A DNA stretch of 64,000 nucleotides from the NCBI RefSeq assembly GCF_003334355.1, contig NZ_QOWP01000014.1. One strand, given 5' to 3'. The DNA is from Escherichia coli. Its GTDB lineage: Bacteria; Pseudomonadota; Gammaproteobacteria; Enterobacterales; Enterobacteriaceae. The notes beneath the pieces were generated by a model. The model was given only the letters and a program-made list of their open reading frames with translations, was not told where the DNA came from and did not search any database. The translations under genes and the position numbers were made by a program. Position 1 is the stretch's first letter; each line of letters opens with the position of its first letter. Below, piece by piece: positions 50,853 through 63,569 of this stretch.

Positions 50853-51935
50853 TTAACGTACCTTCAGCGTTGCCAGACCAATCAGAACCAGCATCAGCGA
50901 AATAATCCAGAAACGCACAATGACGCGCGGTTCCGGCCAGCCTTTCAGTTCATAGTGGTGATGAATCGGTGCCATGCGGAAAATACGTTGTCCGCGCAGT
51001 TTAAAGGAGCCGACCTGCAGGATGACAGAAAGTGTTTCTACCACGAACACGCCCCCCATAATCACCAGCAGGAATTCCTGACGTAGCAGTACGGCGATAA
51101 TGCCTAACGCACCACCTAACGCCAGCGAACCTACATCGCCCATAAAGACCTGCGCCGGATAGGTGTTAAACCACAGGAAGCCCAGTCCTGCCCCGACTAT
51201 CGCGGTACAGACAATAACCAGTTCCCCGGCGTGTCGCAGATACGGTATATGCAAGTAGCTGGCAAAGTTCATATTGCCGGTCGCCCACGCCACCAGCGCA
51301 AAACCACCGGCGACAAATACGGTCGGCATAATTGCCAGGCCGTCGAGACCATCGGTCAGGTTTACCGCGTTGCCAGTACCCACAATGACGAAGTAAGCCA
51401 GCAGAATGTAGAACAGCCCCAGCTGCGGCATCACATCTTTAAAGAATGGGACCACCAGCTGCGTTGCGGGCGTGTCTTTGCCGGCAAGGTACAGGGCGAA
51501 GGCGACACCCAGCGCAATGACCGACATCCAGAAATACTTCCAACGAGCGATCAACCCTTTGGTGTCTTTACGCACCACTTTGCGATAATCATCAACAAAG
51601 CCAATAACACCGTAACCTACCAGCACCACCAACACGCACCAGACGTACGGATTGGACGGGTAAGCCCACAGCAGTACGGAGATCACAATCGCCGTCAGGA
51701 TCATAATCCCGCCCATGGTCGGCGTACCGCGCTTGCTGAAGTGTGATTCAGGACCGTCGTTACGCACCACCTGACCAAAGGAAAGTTTTTGCAAATGAGC
51801 AATCATACGCGGGCCCATCCACAATGAGATGAACAGCGCGGTCAGCAGGCTGACGATGGCGCGAAACGTCAGATAGGAAAAGACGTTAAAGCCGGAATAA
51901 TATTTGACCAAATGTTCGGCCAGCCAAACTAACAT
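50853..51935 (-). CDS. mraY: phospho-N-acetylmuramoyl-pentapeptide transferase
   Basis: ORF-track 360 aa, polytopic membrane protein, recognised as MraY. Confidence 0.97.
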
Positions 51936-53287
51936 GTCCCATTCTCCTGTAAAGCGCGTACTACCTCTTCCATGGCGGCACTACGTGAACCCTTAACTAA
52001 AATCGTAATTACCTGTTGCTCAGCAATCAGTGATTTAAGACGCGTAATTAACGCAGTTTTATCAGCAAAATGTTCGCCAACGCCGCTGGCGGTGCTGATA
52101 GCATGGCTTTGTTTACCCACGCTTAACACGCGGTCAATACCAGCAGCTTTTGCCGCCTCGCCCACCTGTACATGGCAGGCTTCGCTTTCAGCGCCCAGTT
52201 CCGCCATATCGCCCACCACCAGCACGCGGTAGCCCGGCATTTCAGCCAGTACCTGGACTGCTGCAGTCATTGAACCGACATTGGCGTTGTAGGAGTCGTC
52301 GAGCAGCAACTGGTTTTCTGCCAGTTGGATGGGGAACAGACGGCCTGGAACAGCTTTCAGATTTGCCAGCCCCGCTTTGATAGCATCAAGCGTTGCGCCC
52401 ACGGACATGGAGAGCGCAGCGGCTGCCAGCGCATTCGCAATATTGTGACGCCCCGGCAACGGCAGCAGAACATCGACGCTACCGGTTGGGGTTTGTAGGG
52501 TAAATTCCGTACCGTGCGAGGTCACATGGATATTGGTGGCGGTGAAATCGCTGTTGGCGGCATTGGGTGAGAAACGCCACACTTTGCGTGAGCCAATTAC
52601 GCTCTGCCAGTTCAGCCAGTCGTTGTTGTCGGCGTTCATAATGGCGATACCGTTTTCCGGCAGGCCGCTAAAGATTTCACCTTTCGCTTTCGCGACACCC
52701 GCAAGCGAGCCAAAACCTTCCAGATGCGCCGCTGCCAGGTTGTTGACCAGCGCAGCTTCCGGGCGAGTCAGACTCACAGTCCAGGCTATTTCGCCCTGAT
52801 GGTTCGCGCCAAGTTCAATAACTGCGTAATCGTATTCCGGCGTTAAGCGCAACAGCGTCATCGGTACACCGATGTCGTTGTTGAGATTGCCTGCCGTATA
52901 AAGCGTGTTGCCGCACTGGCTTAAAATCGCCGCCGTCATCTCTTTAACGGAGGTTTTGCCGGAGGACCCCGTCAGAGCAACCACGCGCGCCGGAACTTGC
53001 TGGCGAACCCATGCAGCCAGTTCACCAAACGCCAGACGCGTATCCTTGACGATTAACTGCGGCAGGTCGATGTCCAGCGGACGGCTAACCAGTAGTGCGC
53101 CTGCGCCGCCAGCTTTCGCCTGGTCGGCAAAATCGTGGGCATCAAAACGTTCGCCTTTCAGGGCAACAAACAGGCAGCCCGGCGTCAGTTTTCGGGTATC
53201 AGTGGTTACAGCATCAAGGGTGATATCTGCACCTTGCAGTTCACCGTTGAGAATGTCGGTAAGTTGGCTAAGGGTTACGCTAATCAT
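51929..53287 (-). CDS. murF: UDP-N-acetylmuramoyl-tripeptide--D-alanyl-D-alanine ligase
   Basis: ORF-track 452 aa recognised as MurF. Confidence 0.97.
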
Positions 53288-54771
53288 GCAATCACCCCCA
53301 GCAGACGCGCCACCGTGACGCGATCGGAGTAGTCCAGACGCTGATTGCCAACAATCTGGTAATCTTCATGGCCTTTGCCCGCGACCAGTACCACATCATT
53401 CTCTTTAGCCTGCATAACGGCGCAAGTCACCGCTTCAGCACGGCCTTCCATCACTTTGGCATGTCCGGCATCTAACATTCCCGCCAGAATATCGTTGATG
53501 ATGGCACGCGGTTCTTCGGTACGCGGGTTATCGTCCGTCACCACCGCCACGTCAGCAAACTCTTCGGCAATTGCGCCCATCAGTGGACGCTTACCTTTAT
53601 CGCGATCGCCACCACAGCCAAAGACACACCACAGCTTGCCCGCACAGTGCAGACGCGCCGCCTGTAAGGCTTTTTCCAGTGCATCCGGCGTATGCGCGTA
53701 ATCCACCACCACCGTCGGTTTGCCTGGCGCAGTGAACACTTCCATACGTCCGCAAACCGGTTGCAGACGCGCGGCGGTTTTCAGCAGATCAGCCAGTGGA
53801 TAGCCGAGTGCCAACAGTGTCGCCAGCGCGAGCAGCAGGTTGCTGACGTTAAAAGCGCCCATCAGATGGCTTTCAATTTCGCCATCGCCCCAACTTGAGC
53901 TAAAGCGAATCGTCGCACCGCTGTCGTGATAGTTCACTTCGGTCGCTTTCAACCAGCGTCCGTGACAGTTCGGATTAATATGATCTTCCATTGATACCGC
54001 AACCGCGTCCGGCAGTTTTGCCAGCCAGCGGCGGCCCACTTCATCGTCGGCGTTAATAATCGCCTGACCGCAATGATGCTCAGAATAAAGCAGCCATTTC
54101 GCGGCTTCGTAGTGTTCCATATCACCATGATAATCAAGGTGATCGCGGCTTAAGTTGGTAAAGACCGACGCCGCAAATTTCAATGCCGCCACACGGTGCT
54201 GTACCAGCCCGTGGGAGGAAACTTCCATTGCGCAAAACGTCGCGCCCTGATCCACCAGCCCCGCCAGCTCATGCTGAACATCGACTGCCGAACCGGTTGT
54301 ATTTTCTGTCGGGATCACTTTCCCCAGCAGGCCGTTACCAACGGTGCCCATTACCGCGCTGGTTTCGCCAAGCAGTTGGCTCCACTGCGCCAACAGCTGG
54401 GTAGTCGTGGTTTTGCCGTTGGTGCCCGTTACGCCCACGAGACGTAAATTGTCAGAGGGTTCATGGTAAAAGCGGCCCGCCAGTGCAGATAAACGCTCGT
54501 TGAGCTGGCTGAGATAGATGACCGGTACGCCGTGCATTTCACGGATTTCACCATCGGTCGCCTCATCTTTCGCCTCTGCAATAATGGCAGCCACACCTTG
54601 CGCTATCGCCTGCGGGATATATCGACGCCCGTCCGCCTGATGACCTACTACAGCTACAAAGAGATCGCCCGCCGCAGCCACACGGCTGTCGAGTGTCATC
54701 TCTCGCAGTGCTCGCGAAGGTGCGTCTGGCACCCACGGAGCAAGAAGGTCGCGCAAATTACGATCTGCCAC
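53284..54771 (-). CDS. murE: UDP-N-acetylmuramoyl-L-alanyl-D-glutamate--2,6-diaminopimelate ligase
   Basis: ORF-track 495 aa recognised as MurE. Confidence 0.97.
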
Positions 54772-56524
54772 CTGTCCCCTCGCCTTGATTAATCACAAAT
54801 TCATTTTTATCGCCCGTTGTCAGCGCATCCGGCTCGATGTTCATGGTACGCAATACGCCGCCCATGATGGCACCAAAGACCGGCGCGGAAACGGCGCCGC
54901 CGTAGTATTTACCCGCCTGCGGATCGTTGATAACAACAACCAGCGCGAAGCGCGGCTGACTCGCAGGCGCAACGCCTGCGGTATAAGCAATATATTTATT
55001 GATGTAGCGACCGTCCGGCCCGACCTTTTTCGCGGTACCGGTTTTAATGGCGATACGATAGCCTTTAATCGCCGCCTTCACGCCGCCGCCGCCTGGTAGC
55101 GCCACGCTTTCCATCATATGCACCACAGTGCGGACAATGGATTCCGGGAAGACACGTTCACCGGGAACCGGGGGGTCAACTTTGGTAATCGACAGTGGGC
55201 GATAAATGCCGTAGCTGCCGATAGTTGCGTAGACTCGCGCTAACTGTAACGGTGTTACCATTAGCCCGTAGCCGAAAGAGAAGGTGGCCCTCTCTATGTC
55301 AGACCACCGTTGTTTTTGAGGATATAAGCCACTGCGTTCTCCGACCAACCCCAAATTGGTCGCTTTTCCCAGTCCAAAACGTGAGTAAGTATCTACTAAC
55401 GCTGAGGACGGCATCGCTAACGCCAGCTTGGAAACACCGACGTTACTCGACTTCTGTAATACCCCGGTCAGGGTTAATTCGCTGTAGCGTGCCACGTCTT
55501 TGATTTCGTGGCCGTTAATTCGATAAGGAATGGTATTGAGTACCGAGTTTTCCCGCACCACGCCACGTTGCAACGCGGTCATTACCACCATCGGTTTAAC
55601 CGTTGAGCCCGGTTCAAACACGTCGGTGATGGTACGGTTACGCATCGCCTCTTTCGGCGTGCCGCTCAGATTGTTAGGGTTGTATGACGGGCTGTTAGCC
55701 ATCGCCAGCACTTCACCGGTGTTGACATCCACCAGCACGGCGCTACCAGATTCAGCCTTGTTAAAGGCCACCGCGTTGTTCAGTTCGCGATAAACCAGCG
55801 CCTGCAGGCGTTCATCAATACTCAGCGCCAGGTTGTGCGCTGCCTGGCTGTCAGTAGAAGAAATATCTTCAATTACGCGACCATAGCGGTCTTTACGCAC
55901 AATGCGCTCACCCGGCTGCCCGGTAAGCCATTTATCGAAACTCTTCTCAACGCCCTCAATCCCTTGACTATCGACGTTAGTAAAGCCGATGAGGTGAGCA
56001 GTCACTTCGCCGGACGGATAGTAACGGCGAGACTCTTCACGCAGATGAATCCCCGGCAGTTTCAGTTTTTTGATGTAGTCCGCCATGTCAGGGTTCACCT
56101 GACGCGCCAGATAAATAAAGCGCCCTTTCGGGTTGGCGTTAATGCGGGCTGAAAGCTGATCCAGCGGAATATTGAGCGCGTTAGCCAGCGCCTTCCAGCG
56201 GTCACCGACGCTGATACCGCCAGCGTCATGCACTTCTTTCGGGTCAGCCCAAATCGCTTTTACCGGCACGCTCACCGCTAACGGGCGACCAGAACGGTCA
56301 GTAATCATGCCGCGGGAGGTGGAAACTTGCTGAACGCGAAGAGAACGCATGTCGCCCTCTTTCACCAGCATATCCGGGGAGATAACTTGTAACCACGCTA
56401 CGCGTCCGAGCAGAAAAGCCAGCGCCAGGAGAATACAGCCGCATAACAACGCAAAACGCCAACTGATAAAGTTGGCATGTTCTTCCTGACGTTTTGGTTT
56501 CTGCGTTTTCGCCGCTGCTTTCAT
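54758..56524 (-). CDS. ftsI: peptidoglycan D,D-transpeptidase FtsI (PBP3)
   Basis: ORF-track 588 aa recognised as FtsI; transpeptidase motifs STVK, SSN, KTG present. Confidence 0.97.
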
Positions 56525-56539
56525 GCGTCGCGTTTATCC

Positions 56540-56905
56540 TTATTTTTGCACTACGATATTTTCTTGTGACGGATCAACATGCTGCATTTGCAGCTTTTCC
56601 GTGGCGATCCTTTCCACCCGGCTATGGTCGCCGAGCGCATTCTCTTCAAGGATCAGGTTGCGCCATTCAATGTCTAAAGCATCTCGCTCCAGCACCAGTT
56701 GTTCGCGCTGAGCGGTCAGTAAACGGGTATGGTGCGCCGTGGTTACCACAGTCACCGCCGTCAAAATAATGCAAATGAACAGGCAGAGTGGCAGCTTCCC
56801 AAATCGCAAAAGATCGTCACCGATAACACCAGGCAATGCATGGCGCTCGTGGCTTCCCATCGATCCTTTAACTTTGCTTAGAGCTTCTGTCACTCTGCTG
56901 ATCAT
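56540..56905 (-). CDS. ftsL: cell division protein FtsL
   Basis: ORF-track 121 aa recognised as FtsL. Confidence 0.93.
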
Positions 56906-57843
56906 GCATTCGTCCTCTCTGCAATACGCAGAACTGAACTACGGGCACGAGGGTTCTCAGCCACCTCTTCTTCGCCCGGCATTAACTTGCCTAGTGCTCG
57001 CAGCTGACGGCCACCCAGTTTTTTGAGCTGCTCTTCAGTCATCGGTAACCCTGCCGGAACTTGCGGACCGCGGCTGTTTTCACGCATAAAACGTTTCACA
57101 ATACGGTCTTCCAGCGAGTGGAAGCTGATGATCGAAAGCCGCCCACCCGGGGCCAGCACGTTGAGCGAGCTTTTTAGCGCCTGCTCTATCTCCTCCAGTT
57201 CACTGTTTACCCAAATGCGCACCGCCTGGAAGGTACGGGTCGCGGGATGTTTAAACTTATCTTTCACCGGCGTTGCAGCAGCCACGACTTCCGCCAGTTC
57301 TTTGGTGCGGGTCATCGGCTGTTCGCGGTTACGCTCGACAATGGCGCGGGCAATGCGTTTGGCAAAACGCTCTTCACCATAGGTTTTCAATACCCAGGCG
57401 ATATCGGCTTCTTCTGCGGTTTGTAGCCATTCAGCGGCTGACTGCCCACGGGTTGGGTCCATACGCATGTCCAGCGGACCATCGCGCATAAAGGAAAAGC
57501 CGCGCTCAGCATCATCAAGTTGCGGTGAAGAGACGCCAAGATCGAGGAGAATGCCGTCGATCTTGCCGATAAGATCGCGCTCGGCAACGTATTCGCCCAG
57601 CGCGGAAAAAGGTCCGTGGATGATGGAGAAGCGCGGATCATCAATAGTCTTCGCAACGGCGATAGCCTGCGGGTCGCGATCGATCGCCAGCAAACGCCCC
57701 TCTTCGCCAAGCTGCGAGAGGATCAGACGTGAGTGACCACCGCGACCAAAAGTCCCATCAATGTAGATGCCATCAGGACGGATATTGAGGCCATTAACGG
57801 CTTCATCCAACAGCACCGTAGTATGTTTATAGTTTTCCATCAT
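56902..57843 (-). CDS. rsmH: 16S rRNA m4C1402 methyltransferase RsmH (MraW)
   Basis: ORF-track 356 aa trimmed to [19 protein letters not shown] (313 aa), matching RsmH. Confidence 0.95.
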
Positions 57844-57844
57844 T

Positions 57845-58303
57845 TTATAGAGACAAGTCCTGCAGTCGCTCCGATAAGTCTCCGGTAGCCAACTGCTCTG
57901 CGTCGATATCTTCCTTGACCTGTTGATGCCAGGTTGTTTCATCCCACAGCTCAAACTTGTTGAACTGTCCAACCAGCATCACTTCTTTTGTCAGCCCGGC
58001 ATGTTGCCGCAGTACTGGCGCGATTAACAATCGACCTGCGCCATCCATCTGACATTCGCTGGCATGACCTAACAGTAGGCGCTGCACACGGCGCTCAACC
58101 GGGTTCATGCTCGACAGACGCGATAATTTTTGCTCGATAATTTCCCATTCAGGCAGGGGGTAAAGCAGCAGGCACGGGTGATAAATGTCAATGGTGCAAA
58201 CCATTTGACCGGCAGCGTTCTCAAGCAGCTGTTCCCGATAACGGGTAGGCACTGATAAGCGCCCTTTGCTGTCGAGATTGACTAACGTTGCTCCCCGGAA
58301 CAT
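57845..58303 (-). CDS. mraZ: transcriptional regulator MraZ
   Basis: ORF-track 164 aa trimmed to [26 protein letters not shown] (152 aa), matching MraZ; first gene of the dcw cluster. Confidence 0.95.
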
Positions 58304-58322
58304 GCCAGCCTCACCCCTTATT

Positions 58323-58347
58323 CCCACTTTGCCCCACAATTTCCCAC
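58323..58347 (-). promoter_or_regulatory. MraZ operator: three GTGGG direct repeats at 10-bp spacing
   Basis: Plus strand cccac at 58323, 58333 and 58343 (GTGGG on the coding strand), between the promoter and the mraZ start; matches the described TGGGN direct repeats. Confidence 0.65.
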
Positions 58348-58354
58348 TGAAAGG

Positions 58355-58384
58355 AGTTTACGGAGCTGAGGAAAAGCTTGTCAA
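58355..58384 (-). promoter_or_regulatory. Pmra promoter of the dcw cluster (-35 TTGACA, -10 TAAACT/GTAAAC)
   Basis: Minus-strand reading gives TTGACA at 58379-58384 and an extended -10 at 58355-58360 with 17-18 bp spacer, about 50 bp upstream of mraZ. Confidence 0.6.
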
Positions 58385-58859
58385 GCCAGTCACAAGGCAT
58401 ACCGAGGTAAAAAACCCGATGTTTACGGCTAATATCAGCGTTGTTTATTTTACGTCCAACGTGCGAAGCAAATTAACGTTATGAATAGCTGTAAGAAAAA
58501 ATCCCTCATCGTCATCACTGTTTTAAAATGACTCACTATTTTCCACAGCAAATATAAAGTGTCAGTTTGCGACGCGAGCGGCATTTTAGGACATATCTTC
58601 CCCGGTTAACAGTCCTTGTTACGTCTGTGTGGCGCTTGATGCCAGCGGGTTTGCGCAAAAGCAAAGAAAAGTGTTTGTTAAATCGGCAATTCATCGCCGC
58701 ATGTAACAAAATAATGCAAAAACGCGCTGTCGATATCACTTAATTATTGTGAATTTCAGCTGGTGAGTTAATTAACGGGCGGGTTTAAAAGCATTTATCA
58801 ATAATAGTCAGGAATAGTCTTATTTACTTTAAGCATATTGATGTCCAGTCCCGTACTCT

Positions 58860-58898
58860 ACGCGCCAGAGGGAAATTCACCTGGCGCGTATTTTTGTT
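58860..58898 (+). terminator. Plus-strand-oriented intrinsic-terminator-like hairpin in the cra-mraZ gap (no annotated plus-strand gene upstream)
   Basis: acgcgccag-agggaaattcac-ctggcgcgt followed on the plus strand by atttttgtt; in the cra orientation there is no U-tract after the stem. Confidence 0.45.
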
Positions 58899-58904
58899 CG
58901 CGGC

Positions 58905-59909
58905 TTAGCTACGGCTGAGCACGCCGCGGCGATAGAGATTACGTTTAATGCGCGTTAAACCAGGTTTTGGCTTACGCGGTTCGTCCAGGCTTGCCAGGAC
59001 AATCTCCAGCACACGCTCTGCGACATCGCGGTGACGTTGAGCCACTGCCAGCACCGGACACTGTAAGAAGTCGAGCAGTTCGTTATCGCCAAAGGTGGCA
59101 ATTGCCAGGTCAGAAGGCAGTTTGCCGTCGCGACGCAGCGTGACATCCATCACTCCTTGCAACAACGCAAACGACGTTGTGAACAGCGCCTGCGGCATCG
59201 GATGCATTTCCAGCCATTTTTCGAATAACTGGGCAGCCGCCTCCCGCTCATAGCTGTTGGCATACAGGAAATGCACTTCGCGCGGATCATCTTTCCAGGC
59301 AGTACGGAAACCTTGTTCACGCAGGAAGCTGACAGAAAGCTCCGGTAGCGCACCAAGATAAAGCACCGTCTCGGCGGGAAACTTACGTAACTCTTCCGCC
59401 AGCATTTCGGCATCATCCTGATCGGCACCAACCACGCTGGTGAAGTGTTCACGATCGAGGGCGCGGTCCAGCGCGACAATCGGGAACGGGTCGTTAGCCC
59501 AGCGTTGATAAAAAGGATGCTCAGGAGGCAACGACGTCGAAACAATAATGGCATCAACCTGACGCTGTAAAAGGTGCTCAATGCACCGCATTTCGTTGTC
59601 TGGCTGATCTTCTGAGCAGGCAATCAGCAGTTGATAACCCCGTTGCCGCGCCTGGCGTTCAAGATAGTTAGCGATGCGGGTATAGCTGGTGTTCTCCAGA
59701 TCGGGGATCACAAGACCAATAGAACGTGTGCGTCCAGCACGAAGCCCAGCTGCCACGGCGTTCGGGTGGTAATTGTGCTCACGCACCACAGCCATGACTT
59801 TTTCAACGGTTTTGTCGCTCACACGGTATTGCTTCGCTTTGCCGTTAATAACATAGCTTGCAGTGGTCCGCGACACTCCCGCCAGCCGAGCGATTTCATC
59901 CAGTTTCAC
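58905..59909 (-). CDS. cra: catabolite repressor/activator Cra (FruR), LacI family
   Basis: ORF-track 334 aa; GTG start codon at 59907-59909; N-terminal HTH; recognised as Cra. Confidence 0.95.
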   Translation of the reverse strand: MKLDEIARLAGVSRTTASYVINGKAKQYRVSDKTVEKVMAVVREHNYHPNAVAAGLRAGRTRSIGLVIPDLENTSYTRIANYLERQARQRGYQLLIACSEDQPDNEMRCIEHLLQRQVDAIIVSTSLPPEHPFYQRWANDPFPIVALDRALDREHFTSVVGADQDDAEMLAEELRKFPAETVLYLGALPELSVSFLREQGFRTAWKDDPREVHFLYANSYEREAAAQLFEKWLEMHPMPQALFTTSFALLQGVMDVTLRRDGKLPSDLAIATFGDNELLDFLQCPVLAVAQRHRDVAERVLEIVLASLDEPRKPKPGLTRIKRNLYRRGVLSRS

Positions 59910-60088
59910 AATTGCCCCTTGCGTAAAATGTAAAAACCATAGCCATTGTACTGGTATGGGTTAAATTCATTAACATCTAAGCGCAGAAAATTAACTGCGG
60001 CAACTGCTTTTATTCCAGGTTCCCACTGATTTCGCAAAAAAAGCCCAACGTGACATGTTGGGCTGTAAATTGCGCATTGAGATCATTC

Positions 60089-60580
60089 TCAACGCATTAT
60101 TTTATCGCCGCGCGAAAGTCCGACCACACCAGAGCGAGCAACCTCCACAATTTTCGCCACATCGCGAATCGATGCTAAAAATGCATCAAGCTTACCGCTG
60201 GTGCCTGCTAATTGAACGGTATAAAGCGAGGGTGTGACATCGATAATTTGCCCACGGAATATTTCCGTATTACGTTTCACTTCGTCACGCCCGTAACCGC
60301 TGGCCTGAATTTTCACCAGCATGATTTCCCGCTCAACATGCGCGCCCTGCCCCAACTCACTCACGCGCAAGACATCGACCAGCTTGTGTAATTGCTTTTC
60401 GATCTGCTCAAGTACTTTTTCATCGCCCACGGTCTGGATGGTCATACGCGATAATGTCGGATCGTCGGTTGGCGCAACGGTCAGGCTTTCAATGTTGTAG
60501 CCACGCTGGGAAAAAAGGCCAATCACGCGGGATAACGCGCCTGATTCATTTTCGAGTAAGACTGATAATATCCGGCGCAT
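60089..60580 (-). CDS. ilvH: acetolactate synthase III small (regulatory) subunit
   Basis: ORF-track 173 aa trimmed to [23 protein letters not shown] (163 aa), matching IlvH. Confidence 0.95.
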
Positions 60581-60582
60581 AA

Positions 60583-62307
60583 TCAGGTTCTCTCCGTTTT
60601 GCTTAACCACATTTCATCCATTCCGCCCCCGCGAATCTGCATCGGGTAGACGTGCTCGCTGCCATCGACGGTAACATCAACAAACACCAGGCGATTATTG
60701 CGCACCTGTTCCAGCGCCTCGCTAAGTTTGCTTTCCAGCTCATGCGGATGAGAAATCTGGATCCCGACATGCCCATAGGCTTCCGCCAGACGGACGAAAT
60801 CGGGTAGCGATTGCATATAAGATTGTGAATGACGGCCGGAATAGATCATGTCTTGCCACTGCTTCACCATCCCCAGATAGCGGTTATTGAGATTCACCAC
60901 CAGTACGGGCAACTCGTATTGCAACGCGGTAGACAGTTCCTGGATGTTCATCTGAATACTGCCGTCGCCAGTGACGCAAACCACGGTTTCTTCTGGCAAC
61001 GCCATTTTGACGCCCAGTGCCGCAGGTAAACCAAAACCCATCGTGCCGAGGCCACCGGAATTGATCCAGCGACGCGGTTTGTCGAATGGATAATAAAGTG
61101 CAGCAAACATCTGGTGCTGCCCGACATCGGACGTCACGTAAGCGTCTCCCTTCGTCAACCGCCAAAGAGTCTCGATCACCGCCTGCGGTTTAATCTTTTC
61201 ACTGTGAGTGTCATATTTCAGGCACTGACGAGCGCGCCACTGTTCAATTTGCTGCCACCAGTCGCGGATCTCATCCAGCGGTTGATGGGCGGATTCTTGC
61301 GACAAGAGTTCAAGCATTTGTTCGAGGACCTGGCGAGCATCCCCCACAATCGGGATATCCGCAGTCACGGTTTTAGAAATGGAAGTAGGATCAATATCGA
61401 TATGCAGAACAGTGGCATTTGGGCAGTACTTTGCCAGATTGTTCGTCGTTCGGTCATCAAATCGTACCCCGACGGCGAAAATCACATCCGCGTTATGCAT
61501 CGTCATATTGGCTTCGTAGGTACCGTGCATTCCCAGCATGCCCAGTGCCTGACGATGCGTTGCCGGAAACGCCCCCAGCCCCATCAATGAGCAAACAACG
61601 GGCAGATTCAACGCCTCCACCGTTTCTTTCAACTGCTGATGGCAGCCCGCCGTGATTGCCCCACCGCCTACGTAGACAACCGGTTTTTTTGCCGCTACCA
61701 GCGTTTGCAGAGCACGCTTAATTTGCCCTTTATGTCCGGTAGTAGTGGGATTGTAAGAACGCATACTGACCGACTCCGGCCAGACATAGGGTAATTTGTT
61801 CGCCGGATTAAGAATATCTTTCGGTAAATCAACGACTACTGGTCCTGGGCGACCACTTGCCGCCAGCCAGAAAGCCTTTTTCAGCACCTGCGGAATGTCT
61901 TCCGTTTGCTTAACCAGAAAACTGTGTTTAACCACCGGTCGCGAAATCCCCACCATGTCGCACTCCTGAAAGGCATCGTAACCTATCAACGAGGTCGCTA
62001 CCTGCCCGGAAAGGACAACTAATGGAATGGAATCCATATAAGCGGTGGCGATGCCAGTAATCGCATTGGTCGCCCCTGGACCCGACGTTACCAGCACGAC
62101 GCCGACTTCCCCGGTCGCGCGCGCCAGGCCATCGGCCATATGCACCGCCGCCTGCTCATGACGAACTAATACATGATCAATACCACCCACGGTATGCAAT
62201 GCATCATAAATATCAAGGACTGCGCCTCCGGGATAACCGAATACTTGTTTAACGCCCTGATCGATAAGCGATCGGACGACCATCTCGGCTCCAGACAACA
62301 TCTCCAT
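60583..62307 (-). CDS. ilvI: acetolactate synthase III large (catalytic) subunit
   Basis: ORF-track 604 aa trimmed to [28 protein letters not shown] (574 aa), matching IlvI. Confidence 0.95.
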   Translation of the reverse strand: MEMLSGAEMVVRSLIDQGVKQVFGYPGGAVLDIYDALHTVGGIDHVLVRHEQAAVHMADGLARATGEVGVVLVTSGPGATNAITGIATAYMDSIPLVVLSGQVATSLIGYDAFQECDMVGISRPVVKHSFLVKQTEDIPQVLKKAFWLAASGRPGPVVVDLPKDILNPANKLPYVWPESVSMRSYNPTTTGHKGQIKRALQTLVAAKKPVVYVGGGAITAGCHQQLKETVEALNLPVVCSLMGLGAFPATHRQALGMLGMHGTYEANMTMHNADVIFAVGVRFDDRTTNNLAKYCPNATVLHIDIDPTSISKTVTADIPIVGDARQVLEQMLELLSQESAHQPLDEIRDWWQQIEQWRARQCLKYDTHSEKIKPQAVIETLWRLTKGDAYVTSDVGQHQMFAALYYPFDKPRRWINSGGLGTMGFGLPAALGVKMALPEETVVCVTGDGSIQMNIQELSTALQYELPVLVVNLNNRYLGMVKQWQDMIYSGRHSQSYMQSLPDFVRLAEAYGHVGIQISHPHELESKLSEALEQVRNNRLVFVDVTVDGSEHVYPMQIRGGGMDEMWLSKTERT

Positions 62308-62624
62308 GGCCTGCCTCACTGTTTGACGGAAAAAATGTGTAAAACACATTAACCGTCCGATCTTGCTTAAGCAATTGGCAGCCAGAGACATAAACACGGG
62401 GTAATAAGAATAAACAGGAGGAAAGGTGAAAAGAAACGATAAAATCCTCCATTACAGAGGATTAAATTGATAATAAATCGGCTGAATCCCACAACTTACA
62501 GCAATTTCTCTATTTTTTTAATTAATCCTAAAATAGAGAGCCCACACATTCAGAATAAAATTCTACATTCAATAAAAAATGCAGAATAAACCAGACATTC
62601 ATGTCTGACCTATTCTGCAATCAG
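62308..62624 (-). promoter_or_regulatory. ilvIH promoter / upstream AT-rich region (Lrp-regulated)
   Basis: 317-bp AT-rich leuO-ilvI intergenic region; ilvIH is a known Lrp-activated operon; individual sites not resolved by eye. Confidence 0.45.
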
Positions 62625-63569
62625 TTAGCGTTTGCAAATTGAGACTAATTGCTCTTCCATCCACTGATGGCCTTTATCGCGCCCGGCAGCTTCATGCCAG
62701 GAGAGATAACAGGTTCTGCTGTTTTGTTTTAACGGCAGCGGTAATACCTGTAATTCTAAGGATTCAGCGAACTCTTCAGCCAGCCAACGCGGCGCAATAG
62801 CGACCAAATGCGTTTGCGACACCACGCTAAGTACGCTCATCATTGCCATGCCCTGATACGCGATACTGGCTTGCTTATCTACCGTGTCATACCAAGGTTG
62901 ACTAAATGACGCGAAACGATCGAGCGAAACCGCCGCATGTTGTTCGTTATAAACATCATGTTTCAGTAACGGGCCCTTAATTGTTGGATGATTTTTGCTG
63001 GCTACCAGCACCATTTCATCTTTAAATAATGGTACGCTGGTAAATTCAGGACGATGGAAGTCTTCATAACTAATCACAAACTCCGTTTCCTGATAACGCA
63101 GCTGATGTTCAGTGTTCTGATTTAATGAAGACTTGAACATAACATGTATATTTGGCGCAATCTGCTCAATGTGATTATAAATCTGCGAGGTCAGAATGCT
63201 GTCTAACGGGCTGCAAACACAAAGATGAAATACACGTTCACTGCTCGCGGGTTCAAAACCTGAACCAGGCAATTCATTTTGTACTAGTTGCAATGCCTGA
63301 CGAACTGAACCAAAAAGTTGAAATGCGCGAGCAGTCGGTTGAATACCACGGCCATAACGAACAAAAAGCTCGTCATTAAACATCACCTTCAGGCGTGCAA
63401 CAGCGTTACTGACCGCAGGTTGCGACATTCCCAGAACATGAGCGGCACGAGTAATGTTTTGCTCCTGCATCACGGCATCGAAAACGGTTAATAAGTTGAG
63501 ATCGACCATGCGTAGCTGTGGCTTGCTTAACTCCGCCGTCTCTGGATGATCTGTTTGTACCTCTGGCAT
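62625..63569 (-). CDS. leuO: LysR-family transcriptional regulator LeuO
   Basis: ORF-track 342 aa trimmed to [33 protein letters not shown] (314 aa), matching LeuO. Confidence 0.93.
   Translation of the reverse strand: MPEVQTDHPETAELSKPQLRMVDLNLLTVFDAVMQEQNITRAAHVLGMSQPAVSNAVARLKVMFNDELFVRYGRGIQPTARAFQLFGSVRQALQLVQNELPGSGFEPASSERVFHLCVCSPLDSILTSQIYNHIEQIAPNIHVMFKSSLNQNTEHQLRYQETEFVISYEDFHRPEFTSVPLFKDEMVLVASKNHPTIKGPLLKHDVYNEQHAAVSLDRFASFSQPWYDTVDKQASIAYQGMAMMSVLSVVSQTHLVAIAPRWLAEEFAESLELQVLPLPLKQNSRTCYLSWHEAAGRDKGHQWMEEQLVSICKR

Noticed and set aside
58536-58739. 67-aa minus-strand ORF in the cra-mraZ gap
   Set aside because: Starts at GTG with no Shine-Dalgarno sequence, Cys/Arg/Lys-rich atypical composition, and no recognisable family; insufficient evidence to call a gene, though the gap is flagged in the findings.
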